From Chitinophagales bacterium (GTDB taxonomy: Bacteria; Bacteroidota; Bacteroidia; Chitinophagales; JADIYW01), in NCBI GenBank assembly GCA_046329785.1, contig JAXLTZ010000008.1, positions 62,493 to 126,492 on the forward strand: a stretch of DNA of 64,000 nucleotides, written 5' to 3'. The notes under the pieces were generated by a model. That model saw only the letters and a program-made list of their open reading frames with translations, did no database searches and was not told the origin of the DNA. This document shows positions 39,095 through 49,900 of the stretch, in pieces. Each line of letters starts with the position of its first letter. Position 1 is the first letter of the stretch. Position numbers and translations under genes: made by a program.

Positions 39095-39361
39095 TTATTG
39101 ATTTAATAAGGCTATCAAATACAAAATTCCTACTATAATCATTCCTATTCCGGCAATTATACCTCTTAGCTTTAATGAACCAAAATCCAAACTAAATTTT
39201 TCTTTAATGCCAAAATATAGAGATGAAAATCCAATGCCAAATGAACTTATACAAATAATAAAATCTTTTTCTTTTTCATTTGTTGAAGACAAGAATGTTA
39301 TAAAGAAAACCAACCCAATTGCTATAAATATAACTAGGATAATAAATTTTTTATTTTTCAT
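39095..39361 (-). CDS. small membrane protein (88 aa), translationally coupled to pafA
   Basis: Three hydrophobic helices. Its ATG (39361-39359) overlaps the pafA TGA stop (39360-39358) as ATGA. Confidence 0.6.
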   Translation of the reverse strand: MKNKKFIILVIFIAIGLVFFITFLSSTNEKEKDFIICISSFGIGFSSLYFGIKEKFSLDFGSLKLRGIIAGIGMIIVGILYLIALLNQ

Positions 39362-41007
39362 TTCTTAATCACCTCTTTAATCGCACTACCAATACAACCG
39401 CTCGGCATTTGTATATGCAGTAAACTCGATAGAGTAGGAGCGATGTCGGTCATGTACACTTTATCGTAGTCTTTTCCTTTGTTGATGCCATAGCCATAAA
39501 ATAACAAAGGTATATGAGCATCATAAGGATTCCAGGCGCTGTGGTCGGTACCGGCATTGTATTTAGAATCAATGTATCCGGGCTTTAAAATTGTTAAGAT
39601 GTCTCCGCAACGGCGCGGATAATAGCCTTTTACAAATTGTTCTTTTACTTCAGCAGGTATCATGGCTTCCTGTAAATCCGTATAATCCAGCGCACGGTCA
39701 ATACCGTCAACCGTCTGTAGAAATGCTATCGCACTTTCCGTTATCTTTTCTTTGTCCAGATTATATTTCGCAATAAGCGTATGGTTTAAATAATATTGAT
39801 TTTTAAATTTGGAAACGCAAATACTGTCGTACCCGAATTGTGCTTTCAGCACTTCATTCAGTTTTTTCTTTATATCAGCACCGGAAACAATTCCGTTGGG
39901 CAGTTCGTGTTTTTTCAAATACCCGGGAACATGTGCGATGCCATGGTCTGAACTTAAAAAAAGCGTGTAGTTATTTTTACCAACAACCTTATCTAAAAAC
40001 AACAAGAAGGCTTCCAGATCCTTGTCCAGTCGCAGATAGGTATCTTCTGTTTCTATGGAATTGGGGCCAAATGCATGACCGACATAATCTGTAGAAGACA
40101 AAGAAACGGCGAGAAAATCGGTTATGGAATCTTTTCCCAGTTGCTCAGCAATCAAAGCAGCTTTGGCGAAATCAAATGTCAATGAATTGCCGTAAGGTGT
40201 GCTGAAGATCATGTCGAAATCTTTCTTCTCTGCAAATCTTTTCAGGTCGTATGGAAACCCTTTTGGAATGCTGTCAAATTCGTTATGCTCGTAATCATTT
40301 ATATCTTCATCACTTTGCACATAGGTATTGATGGGATAAAGCGTATTCCAGTTTTTTTGATAATAGGAATTTACAGCATTCGGCGTTTTAAAATCCTGCA
40401 CCCATTTAGGGAGTTCTTTCATGTAATAAGTAGATGAAATAAAATTACCGCTTTTGCCGTCGTACCAATAGGCTGCATCTGCGCTATGACCCGCCGGTAA
40501 AATTGAGCCTCTGTCTTTTAAGGAAATACCTATCACCTTACTTTTGAAATTGGTGGCTAATTTAAGTTCATCTCCAATCGTGGTGACCAGCAGATTTTTA
40601 GGACTCATCCTGCCTTTGTCGGTATTGTCGCTGCCAACAGGTTGTACACTCTTATCTTCTGTGCAATACACGGCATGTTGTACATCGTAATCATACCAGT
40701 CATTGCCTGCAATACCATTTATAGCGGGCACACTTCCGGTATAAATGCTTGCATGTCCGGCAGCCGTTACGGTTGGACAATACGGTATAAAAGTATTTTC
40801 GCAATTAAACCCATCATTCATCAATCGCTTAAAACCACCTTTAGAATATCTGTCGTAATAGCGATACAGAAAATCCCAGCGCATCTGATCAATTACGATA
40901 CCAACTACTAGTTTTGGACGTGCATTGGTCGCAACGGGCTTAGCAGCGTTTTGAGAAAAAGAAAGCAGAAGAGAATAAGACAATAGGAATAAAATTGCTT
41001 TTTTCAT
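39358..41007 (-). CDS. pafA: alkaline phosphatase / nucleotide pyrophosphatase family enzyme, PafA type
   Basis: 549 aa with a signal peptide. RPKLVVGIVIDQMRWDFLYRYYDRYSKGGFKRL...YCPTVTAAGHASIYTGSVPAINGIAGNDWYD closely follows the flavobacterial PafA N-terminus and contains the catalytic-Thr region PTVT. Confidence 0.85.
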   Translation of the reverse strand: MKKAILFLLSYSLLLSFSQNAAKPVATNARPKLVVGIVIDQMRWDFLYRYYDRYSKGGFKRLMNDGFNCENTFIPYCPTVTAAGHASIYTGSVPAINGIAGNDWYDYDVQHAVYCTEDKSVQPVGSDNTDKGRMSPKNLLVTTIGDELKLATNFKSKVIGISLKDRGSILPAGHSADAAYWYDGKSGNFISSTYYMKELPKWVQDFKTPNAVNSYYQKNWNTLYPINTYVQSDEDINDYEHNEFDSIPKGFPYDLKRFAEKKDFDMIFSTPYGNSLTFDFAKAALIAEQLGKDSITDFLAVSLSSTDYVGHAFGPNSIETEDTYLRLDKDLEAFLLFLDKVVGKNNYTLFLSSDHGIAHVPGYLKKHELPNGIVSGADIKKKLNEVLKAQFGYDSICVSKFKNQYYLNHTLIAKYNLDKEKITESAIAFLQTVDGIDRALDYTDLQEAMIPAEVKEQFVKGYYPRRCGDILTILKPGYIDSKYNAGTDHSAWNPYDAHIPLLFYGYGINKGKDYDKVYMTDIAPTLSSLLHIQMPSGCIGSAIKEVIKK

Positions 41008-41185
41008 GAATATAATTTAATGCAAGTTACTAAAAGTATGCTCGTTTACTTAGTTTTTTAAGTGTATTTACCTTGAATATACTAATGTATGTTGCTGGAT
41101 AATATTATAATGTGTCTAAAATGTACTACAAATTAAGTACTTGAACTTTTTGTAAAGATTTATTAAGTTTGTTAAAAGGAAAACC

Positions 41186-41821
41186 ATGAAACAAGTATTT
41201 TGCAATCCGGTATTATTGCCTGTATTTCTTTTACTCTTTTTTATCAGTAGTTGTAAAAAAGACGATGATTCTAAAAGTCCAACCAATATTACTTCACGGA
41301 AACCTGTAGACGATCCCGATGTGGAAGTGCAGACATTTAACGTGAATATAAATACCAATCGAAGCGGCACCTATCTGGATACTGTTATCAAAGCTTTTAG
41401 CCTGGAATTTCATATCAATGCTTACCAGTATACCAATGTCTATAAAGATATTAGCATCTACACGGGGTATGCTTCCGATCTGTATCTGCATAATGAAGTC
41501 GTATTCAGAGTAGGACAACGATCGGATAATTTTATACCATCATTTTTAGAAGGCTATAAAATTGATACATATGAGGGCGCCTGGAATACCACATATGGCG
41601 ATCCGAATTATTATGGCAGTATTTATACCAAAGAGAACGACGCCAGCTTTGGATTTAACGGACTGGGCGACAGATATTTTGCTTTCAGAAAAAAAGTAAG
41701 TGGCAGTTATCAATACGGATACATAAAGTTGAATTTATCTGAGGATGCGAATACGCTGAATATAAAATCCATTGCATATTGCAACATTCCAAATAAATCA
41801 TTCTATTACGGAGATTATTAA
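41186..41821 (+). CDS. hypothetical lipoprotein
   Basis: 211 aa with lipoprotein signal ..LLLFFISSCKKDDD. Confidence 0.65.
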   Translation: MKQVFCNPVLLPVFLLLFFISSCKKDDDSKSPTNITSRKPVDDPDVEVQTFNVNINTNRSGTYLDTVIKAFSLEFHINAYQYTNVYKDISIYTGYASDLYLHNEVVFRVGQRSDNFIPSFLEGYKIDTYEGAWNTTYGDPNYYGSIYTKENDASFGFNGLGDRYFAFRKKVSGSYQYGYIKLNLSEDANTLNIKSIAYCNIPNKSFYYGDY

Positions 41822-41840
41822 AAAATCAAAAACTATCAAT

Positions 41841-42395
41841 ATGAGAAAAATAATAGTAGCAGGTATTATGGCTTGCCTGTTTATACAATGCATTACAGGA
41901 TGCAAGAAAGCAAAAACGGGTGAGAGCATTTGCAACGGAAACAGCGAAAATGTAATAGGTTCATTCGAGGGAAAGCAGAGAGTCTTTATCGGCCCGATAG
42001 ATTTGGTAGCTGCCGGATTGGTTCCTGAAATTAACGATGAATTGCTGAACAGTAATTTAGCGGGCAATAAGATTGCCATGAGTTTTGATTTCCTTCAATT
42101 GAGTGTAACCAGTGATCTGAATAATGTTTCCAATAATGTACTTACGCTGGATTCCATCATCTTTGAAAACAGAAGCATTGAAATAAGCACAGGATTGGAT
42201 CCTCCGCTGGACCAATTTGAGTTGTGGAACTTACGTGCCGGCGGAACGGTAAAATTCAATTGTGATAATACGATTACAACAGAATTAAAAGTAAAAAGCT
42301 GCAGCACCAGTGTTGCCTCTTTGGATACCATCCCCAATCTCATAAAATTAGACGGCAAAAATGTGAGATTAGTGGGCACATTTACGAGAAAATAA
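41841..42395 (+). CDS. hypothetical lipoprotein
   Basis: The track ORF starts at 41772 and overlaps the previous gene. ATG 41841 gives MRKIIVAGIMACLFIQCITGCKKAK, a lipoprotein signal. Confidence 0.65.
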   Translation: MRKIIVAGIMACLFIQCITGCKKAKTGESICNGNSENVIGSFEGKQRVFIGPIDLVAAGLVPEINDELLNSNLAGNKIAMSFDFLQLSVTSDLNNVSNNVLTLDSIIFENRSIEISTGLDPPLDQFELWNLRAGGTVKFNCDNTITTELKVKSCSTSVASLDTIPNLIKLDGKNVRLVGTFTRK

Positions 42396-42421
42396 TTAAG
42401 TATAGATAACATAAGATGAAT

Positions 42422-42429
42422 TATCTTTG
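42422..42429 (+). promoter_or_regulatory. Bacteroidota-type -7 box (TATCTTTG) for aroC
   Basis: Exact TAnnTTTG match ending 5 nt before ATG 42435. Confidence 0.4.
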
Positions 42430-42434
42430 TACTT

Positions 42435-43514
42435 ATGGCAGGAAATTCATTCGGAGAAATCTTTCGTATTACCACTTTCGGCGAAAGCCACGGCGCAGCA
42501 TTAGGTGTTATCATTGATGGTTGTCCGGCAGGATTAAAAATTGACACAGCATTTATTCAGGCAGAACTGGACAGAAGAAAACCGGGACAATCCAGCATCG
42601 TTACACAACGTAAAGAAGCCGATGAATTTGAGATTTTGTCCGGAATTTTTGAAGGAGTGACACAAGGCACACCGATTGGCATTATTATCCGCAATGAAGA
42701 CCAGAAATCCAAAGATTACGAACACATCAAAGACAGTTTTCGTCCGTCACATGCCGATTTTACCTACGATGCCAAATATGGTTCACGCGATTATAGAGGC
42801 GGCGGCAGAAGTTCGGCCAGAGAAACCGCGGCGCGTGTAGCTGCTGCTGCCATTGCCAAACAATTACTAAAGCACGCAGGAATAGACGTAAAGGCCTATG
42901 TTTCCAAAGTGGGTAAGATAGAAATCGGAAAGGAATATACCGAACTTGACTTATCCAAAACGGAAGAGAACATCGTGCGTTGTCCGGATGCGGAAACAGC
43001 GGAAAGAATGATTGAGCTGATCAAGGAAGTAAAGAAAGACGGCGATACGATTGGCGGTTTGGTAAGCTGTGTAATTAAAGGTGTTCCGGTTGGTTTAGGT
43101 GAGCCTGTATTTGATAAACTGCATGCTGATTTAGGCAAAGCAATGTTGAGTATTAATGCGGCAAAAGGGTTTGAATATGGCAGTGGATTTGCAGGAACTG
43201 AATTGCGTGGTTCGAAACACAATGATGAATTTTATAATGACAATGGAATTATAAAAACTAAAACCAATCATTCGGGTGGAGTGCAAGGTGGTATCAGTAA
43301 TGGAATGGATATTTATTTTAATGTGGCGTTTAAACCGGTTGCAACAATTATGCAAGCTCAGTATTCCGTTGATAAAGATGGTAACGAAGCAACGGTTACA
43401 GGTCGTGGACGCCACGATCCGTGTGTGCTGCCGAGAGCTGTACCAATCGTAGAAGCGATGGCTGCTTTAGTAATTGCAGACCATTTATTGAGGAATAGAG
43501 GAAGTAAGTTGTAG
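42435..43514 (+). CDS. aroC: chorismate synthase
   Basis: 359 aa. [55 protein letters not shown] and GRHDPCV. Confidence 0.95.
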   Translation: MAGNSFGEIFRITTFGESHGAALGVIIDGCPAGLKIDTAFIQAELDRRKPGQSSIVTQRKEADEFEILSGIFEGVTQGTPIGIIIRNEDQKSKDYEHIKDSFRPSHADFTYDAKYGSRDYRGGGRSSARETAARVAAAAIAKQLLKHAGIDVKAYVSKVGKIEIGKEYTELDLSKTEENIVRCPDAETAERMIELIKEVKKDGDTIGGLVSCVIKGVPVGLGEPVFDKLHADLGKAMLSINAAKGFEYGSGFAGTELRGSKHNDEFYNDNGIIKTKTNHSGGVQGGISNGMDIYFNVAFKPVATIMQAQYSVDKDGNEATVTGRGRHDPCVLPRAVPIVEAMAALVIADHLLRNRGSKL

Positions 43515-45062
43515 TTATCTTTTCTTTTTAACACAACATTTTTTCTTTGATTTTTTTACAGTTTTTGGTTTTTCAGATTCAGTTTTTATCTCTTGTTTTA
43601 CTTCTGTTTTAGTAGCTGTTACTATTGTTTTCACAGCTTTCATATTCCTTGTATATGCATCATTTTTCCAGGAACCAACTGTATTTGGTGTTCCTATTTT
43701 AGAAGTATAATTTTTACTGATTAAAGAAAATTCTGTAACGTTTCCACTTTGTAAATCGCCTTTTATATTGTTGGCAATTTCAGTATGATTGCCGCTAATA
43801 TTGTACAATCCTTTTAAGATACCTAATCCTGTAATTTCATTGGCAATAAAGTTCATGTTATTGCCTGAATTTCCATTCATTACTATGCCATAATTTTCAA
43901 TTCTGTTTCTGAAAAATGTATTAAATGGTCCGTTTATGCCATGTGAATTATCAATTACTAAATTCTGAATAATATTTCCTTCAATTAAATTTGCATATGG
44001 ATAATTTCCATGTAAAACTATATCTCCGGCAGAACTATTAGGCAACCATGATTCAGTCCAGTATGGATCATAAGAATAATTATAAGCAATTACATTTCCA
44101 TTTGCTGCTGCTTGCAACAAAAAGGAATGACGTAAATGTTTCGCGATGTTGTCATAAATAAAATTGTCACTTGCGCCAAATTGTAAAACTACACCATAGC
44201 CTTTTCCACCGCTTCCATAATCAAAAGCATCATGTAAATAGTTTCCCGAAATAGTAATGTTGGCAGAACTCTGTAACGTAATATGTGCATAGTTACAGTT
44301 TTCAAATTCAACACCTTTTATCCAGCAATTTGTGGCATAATTGAAAAAAGTATTTGATGTTTGTCCTGATGTGGCGTCACTTCGTTTTATTTTCAATGAT
44401 TCAATACCTACATTTTGTACAGGATTTATTTTTTGTAAAACAGGATTATTTGTAAGCAGATAATCTAAACGAAGTGGTTTTTCAAAAGTAATTTCATTGC
44501 CTTTTATTTTTGTGATTTTAGCAATCTGAAAGAAGTAATTATATGCCCAGTTGGACGCTAGTAAATTATTAGCTGTTTGTTTTATAAGGACATAATCATT
44601 AATTGCAAAACCTGTTGGATTTGCAACATTTATTGTTTTACTGTCTTTTGTGGTTCCGGATAAAATAGGTGATGAAGTATTTGTCACACTACCTTGAATG
44701 GAAAATAAATCACCGTTACCATTCAGATTAAAATTCAATACAGTCTTGTCACTGCCTTGTCCTTTTAGTAAAACATTTGATGGAATGGAAATAGTCTTTT
44801 TTAATAAAAAAATTCCCGATGGAATTTCAATAATTCCGGGAGTTCCATTTAGTGATTTTATCGCGTTCTGTAGAGCTATGGAATTGTCTGTTGAATTATC
44901 TGTTTTTGCACCGAAATCTGTGATAGATATTTTCTTACTGTTGGTTAGTACATTTCCTGATGTGCCTGTATTATTCCAGTTGGTAATTGTATTTTTATCA
45001 AGACAGAATGTTACTTGAAATGTAAATAAGTAAATAAGTAAAAGAAGGTATGGTTTTTCCAT
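43515..45062 (-). CDS. secreted right-handed beta-helix protein (pectate-lyase-3 / GH28-related fold) with polybasic Cys-Cys C-terminal tail
   Basis: 515 aa with a signal peptide. N-terminal ISITDFGAKTDNSTDNSIALQNAIKSLNGTPGIIEIPSGIFLL, typical of the Pectate_lyase_3 domain. Repetitive beta-helix rungs follow. The tail is EKPKTVKKSKKKCCVKKKR. Its stop abuts the aroC stop. Confidence 0.75.
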   Translation of the reverse strand: MEKPYLLLLIYLFTFQVTFCLDKNTITNWNNTGTSGNVLTNSKKISITDFGAKTDNSTDNSIALQNAIKSLNGTPGIIEIPSGIFLLKKTISIPSNVLLKGQGSDKTVLNFNLNGNGDLFSIQGSVTNTSSPILSGTTKDSKTINVANPTGFAINDYVLIKQTANNLLASNWAYNYFFQIAKITKIKGNEITFEKPLRLDYLLTNNPVLQKINPVQNVGIESLKIKRSDATSGQTSNTFFNYATNCWIKGVEFENCNYAHITLQSSANITISGNYLHDAFDYGSGGKGYGVVLQFGASDNFIYDNIAKHLRHSFLLQAAANGNVIAYNYSYDPYWTESWLPNSSAGDIVLHGNYPYANLIEGNIIQNLVIDNSHGINGPFNTFFRNRIENYGIVMNGNSGNNMNFIANEITGLGILKGLYNISGNHTEIANNIKGDLQSGNVTEFSLISKNYTSKIGTPNTVGSWKNDAYTRNMKAVKTIVTATKTEVKQEIKTESEKPKTVKKSKKKCCVKKKR

Positions 45063-45152
45063 GGATAGAATTATTTATTTCAATATTTAGTTTACGATAG
45101 TTCAAAAAGTGTACCATCTTTTCATTAATTTGTATTAGTTTTATTTTGATAT

Positions 45153-46574
45153 ATGAAACCAATTAAATTTGATATCTCCTCAATTCGTCTTTTCCGGATA
45201 TTTTTTGGCATTTATATATTGTTTGAAATTTGTTGGACATTCTGTCTAAATTTTAAACAGTTATTCGAATCTGAAGAAGGAGTGTGGGGTAGGTTTTTTA
45301 TTGAAAAATATATTGATGCTTATTTCCCAAACAATTTACTTTTTTACCTCATAACAACAAACTTTCAGTATAAACTGTTCATAGGTATACTCATTTCATT
45401 AGTTATAATTTATATCCTTGGATATTACCCAAAGATAATTTCACTTATCCTTACAATATTATTGGGGGCTTTATATGCTAAATACAATATTCTTTTGGCT
45501 GGATGGCAGCAGTATATGCTTTGCGTTTTGTTTCTAAGTTCTTTTATTATTGAGAATTCGGAAGAACAACAAGCAGCAAATTGGTATGAGAATGTACTCC
45601 TTTTTCAGATCGGATTTATTTACTTTTTTAATGCGATTAGTAAGAATGGTGCAAGTTGGCTTAATGGGAATGCAATAGAACAATGTTTTCGTTATTATCC
45701 TCTTACGACAGATATTGGAAATTACTTGCTTAATTTTCCGGGTTTTCTAAAAATACTGACTTATGGTTCTCTTTTATTTGAGATTTCATTATTGTTTTTG
45801 CTTTTATTCGGTTATCGTTATTATAAAGTAAGAACTTTTACTTCAGTCTGTTTAGTTTTATTTCATCTCTGTATTCAAATAACCATGGAAGTCGGTCATT
45901 TTTATCTAGTTGTAATGTGTGTAGCTATATTGATTATTCCACTTGACTCTATATATACCAAATTGATTAATCTCAGTAATTATTTTTCAGTAAAAAGGAA
46001 CAGCCCTGTTTTTACTTCAAATAAATATTTTCATATTTTTATTTCTTTTGTTTTTTTATACTTTATAATAATGAGTAACGTATATCAAAACAAACAACAA
46101 CAATGTAAATCAGAAGGCTCTGATTTCAATGAAACATTAGTTTCTAGATTATACCCGTCTAATATTAACTATGTACCATTTTTTAGTCAATATTGGCATT
46201 TTTTTGCACCTAACCCGGCCTTGAAAACGGGTGTTATTGGTTATATAGGTAAGAAGAACGACAGTTCTTTACATTTGATTCATAATGGAAATGAGATTAA
46301 ATATATCAGTTATGAAGGTATCAACAAATATCTAGCAACTTATATTGCTTTAAAGGATTATAATATCAAAGATAAATTATTTATTCAATGTGCACTCGTA
46401 AATCAATTCAGGTGCTGGAATATTAAGCCCGAAAACTACAAATTAATTTCATTCAGTATGTATGAATTTTATCAAACACGTTATATAGACCGACAAAAGG
46501 TTGAATCTCTAATGTTTGATAAAACAGTTCATAGGAGTTTAAAACTCAACCTCGACTTAAAATACAAGAAATAA
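45153..46574 (+). CDS. polytopic membrane protein, probably HTTM-domain (vitamin-K-carboxylase-like / lipase-maturation-factor-like) family
   Basis: 473 aa. N-terminal SSIRLFRIFFGIYILFE, resembling the HTTM first helix. About 7-8 hydrophobic helices, then a roughly 170-aa tail with a QYWHFFAPNP motif. The family call is from memory of motifs only. Confidence 0.5.
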   Translation: MKPIKFDISSIRLFRIFFGIYILFEICWTFCLNFKQLFESEEGVWGRFFIEKYIDAYFPNNLLFYLITTNFQYKLFIGILISLVIIYILGYYPKIISLILTILLGALYAKYNILLAGWQQYMLCVLFLSSFIIENSEEQQAANWYENVLLFQIGFIYFFNAISKNGASWLNGNAIEQCFRYYPLTTDIGNYLLNFPGFLKILTYGSLLFEISLLFLLLFGYRYYKVRTFTSVCLVLFHLCIQITMEVGHFYLVVMCVAILIIPLDSIYTKLINLSNYFSVKRNSPVFTSNKYFHIFISFVFLYFIIMSNVYQNKQQQCKSEGSDFNETLVSRLYPSNINYVPFFSQYWHFFAPNPALKTGVIGYIGKKNDSSLHLIHNGNEIKYISYEGINKYLATYIALKDYNIKDKLFIQCALVNQFRCWNIKPENYKLISFSMYEFYQTRYIDRQKVESLMFDKTVHRSLKLNLDLKYKK

Positions 46575-46938
46575 GAATAGTTAAAATTTCAGCGTTTGTA
46601 ATCAACACTTTTTTTGATGCTAGATGTCAGATTGTTAATAGTAAACAAACGTAATATTAATGCAATGTTTTCAAAATTAATATATTAGACTATAAATCAT
46701 TCTTTTTTCCGTTAAATGTTAAATTTTAAAAATCGTGTTAATTTTATTTAATTTTTAGAAAATATTAAGTTAATATTGTTCGGGGAATAGTATTTATGGT
46801 TTTAAATAGCACGCATTTTATTGTCTTTTAGTCTGTGTAATCCTTGTAATTTATTGCCCAAAATTTATATTTTAAAAATTATACTTCAAATAAATGAAGT
46901 ATGATTTGTATGTATAATGTATCATTAAATTAAACAGT

Positions 46939-49900
46939 ATGAAGTATTTTAACTTATTAAAGAAATCGACTACGTTGAAATTTTTATCAATGGTCGTGTT
47001 TTTAGTAATATGTTTAACAAGCAATTCATTTGCCCAAAACATTGTCCTTGAAGTTGATGGGAACAACCTCTTTTATAGTGAAGGTGGTTGCAGTGATTGT
47101 GCAGGTTTAGGTGATCAACCGGATCCGCGCTGGAGAAACCGGCTTGTTATTCTTGGAAATAACTACGATTGGAATGCAGATCAGGATAATACAAATTGTA
47201 GTTGGAACGGGTATACAAAGGGTGATTGGTATAATCCGGCAACAGTAGCTTACGGCACAAATGTTACATTGCAAATGGATGGCTATGAGAGTGATGGGTT
47301 TTTATGCGGAGGAGATGATAATGTTTGTGGTGGATATAGTACAGTGAGAACTTTAAATTCTACTAGTAATCCTCCATGTCAGTGGAATTATTTTACAGAT
47401 TCACGTAACTGCGGTGCTAGTTATCAAATACAGTGGAGCACTTATTGGAAATATGCTTTTTCTCCAACACTTGGTACTGCAACTCCTGCCAATCAGGTAA
47501 GATGTCAGAGTACTGTACCCTCTGCTATCACAGTAACAGTCAATACAGATGCTAATGGCAGGCCTTTAGCACGTTGGTATAAATGGCAAATTTCAAATGA
47601 TAATTCAAACTGGAGTGATATACCGAATACACAAAATACATCAGAAAATACTTCATTAACTTCTTTTTCTTTTACTCCATATCAGATATCAGGTACACGT
47701 TACTACAGGTTATTAGCTAATTCTAACTGTAGTTCAGATTATAATAATTTTACAACTATTTCTTCAGTAGCTGTTGTAACTTATGCTTTTCCGGCAACAG
47801 GTTCATATACCAATGCGCCGGGGGGTACTCCATTTGGAACTGGTGATGCAGCTCCTGCAATTGTTAATAGTTTGTGTGGTGGAACAGTTTTACCGGGTCA
47901 AAGTATGACATTTAATACTTTACAAGGCCCCAATGCTGGGGGAGTAGTAAATACTAATAGTATTAACTGGACTGCTTCTGCTGGTTCTCCTACTTCACTT
48001 AATGGAAGTAATTCGCTTAATTGGGTGGCACCTGCAGCGACGGGTAATTATACTATAACCGTAAATTATCTGTATACTGGGTGTACAACATCTTCAAAGA
48101 CGTGTACAATTACAGTAGGTTCACCTAATTGTAGTTATGCTTATGTGGCACCGGGCGGTTCTGATATAGTTACTAATGGTGGCCCTTCAAACCCTTATCT
48201 GACTATTGGTTATGCACTTTCTCAATTGGGAACACGAAATTACATCCGGGTGGCTTCAGGGCTTATTACTGAACCTAATATTGTAAATATTCCTACAGGT
48301 GTAACTATTGAAGGGGGGTATTCGGTAACATCAGGAAATTGGGTAAAAAGTTCAGGTGTTACAACTACTGTACAATGTAAAGGAACTGGGAGTTCCGGAA
48401 ATGACATTGGACATGTTATGGGCTTTAGTTCTGTATCAACAAATAATTGGGTATTACAGGATCTTACTATAAAAACAGATGATGCTTCAGGGCAGACAAT
48501 TAGCTTAAATGGAAAATCAAATTATGGTATTTATATTAGTGGTTCAAGCGGATATAAAATCACCCGTTGTATTATCAATCCAGGAAAGGTGACGGATGGT
48601 ATAAATAGAAATAATTATATAAAATCAGGTTTTACACAAGCAACCTCATGGGACGGTACAGTTGGTAATAATGGATCAAATGGGAATACCGGAGGGGCAA
48701 CGGGTGCAGGTAGCAACTGTACAAGTTGTGAAAATACCTCTGGTGGAGGTGGTACCGGTGGTGCAGGTGGAGCTGCTGCAGCAAACGCATCAGTAATGGG
48801 TAGCAGCTCACTAACTGGCGGTGGCGGTGGCTGTGGTGGTGCAGGTGCAGGTGCATGTTGTGGTGGTAGTGCTTGTAATTCAGGAAGGCCTTGTAACAAT
48901 GGTGGCAATGGTTTCTCAGATAATAATGGCGGCGGCGGCGGCGGCGGCGGTTCAGCAGGTAGTGGCGGCCAATGTGGTACTGGTCCAAGCGGAGTAGGAG
49001 ATAATGGCGGTGGTGCCGGTGGTGCTGGTGGAAATGGAATTGCAGGTTCAGCAGGTCCGGGAAGCGGAAATACAAGTGGAGCTGGTGGTGCTGGTGGTGG
49101 TGGTATATCAGGTGGTACAGCTGCCTCTGGTTGCACAATAGCAGGAAATTCAGGTGGTAGTGCATCTGCTGGAAGCAGTAAAGGTGGAGGAGGAGGATCT
49201 GGAAGCCCTCATGGTACGACTACAGCTGGTGGAGGTGCCGGAGGTAGTGGAGGGTCAGGTAATCCTGGTGCTGATGGAACAACAGTAGCAGCAACAGTTG
49301 GAACATACTTTACACCTAGTTATGGTAATAACGGTCAATCAGGTTTTAGTGGCGGTGGCGGAGCCGGTGGCGGTGGCGGTGGTGCAAGCAGTAGTGGTAA
49401 TCTTATGGCAAGCGGTACAGGCGGCGGCGGCGGCGGTGGCGGTGGTTCCGGTGGTGGTGCCGGTGCAGGAGCACGTGGTGGTGGCGCTAGCTTTGGTATA
49501 TATATAGTTAGTGGCGGTCTAAATGGCTTAATTACAGATTGTAGTGTTACTACGCAATCAACTTTTGCAGCAGGACCAGGTGGATCAGGCGCTGCAGGTG
49601 GCTCCGGTGGTTCCGGTGGAAGCGGAGGTAATCAAAATAACGGTAATTGTAAGAAAGGCGGTAGCGGTGGTGCCGGTGGAGCAGGTGGAAAAGGAGGAAA
49701 TGGAGCAAGTGCTAACCAATCACCTCAGTCAGCTGTTTTTGTCGCATCTGGGAATCAACCTGCTTTTGGCGGTTCAACTACTCCTTCTGTAGGTACGGGT
49801 GTGGCTAGTGTAAATTGGGGAAGTACCTCATACAACAGTTATCCTGCTCAAAATACTTTAACAGTTAATTTCAATAATAATAAAGGATGTGTAAACTCTG

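Noticed and set aside
48615-49165. Two long minus-strand ORFs (a 173-aa Pro-rich one and a 177-aa His/Leu/Tyr-rich one) opposite the Gly-rich tract
   Set aside because: They are reverse-complement shadows of GGN/GCN codon runs, since NCC encodes Pro. They have low-complexity composition, no start context, and lie fully inside a 4,536-codon ORF with coherent domain content.
48661-49715. GC-rich block considered as a foreign insertion or IS fragment
   Set aside because: It is in-frame with both flanks of the same ORF, has no terminal repeats or transposase, and its composition is fully explained by Gly/Ala codon usage.
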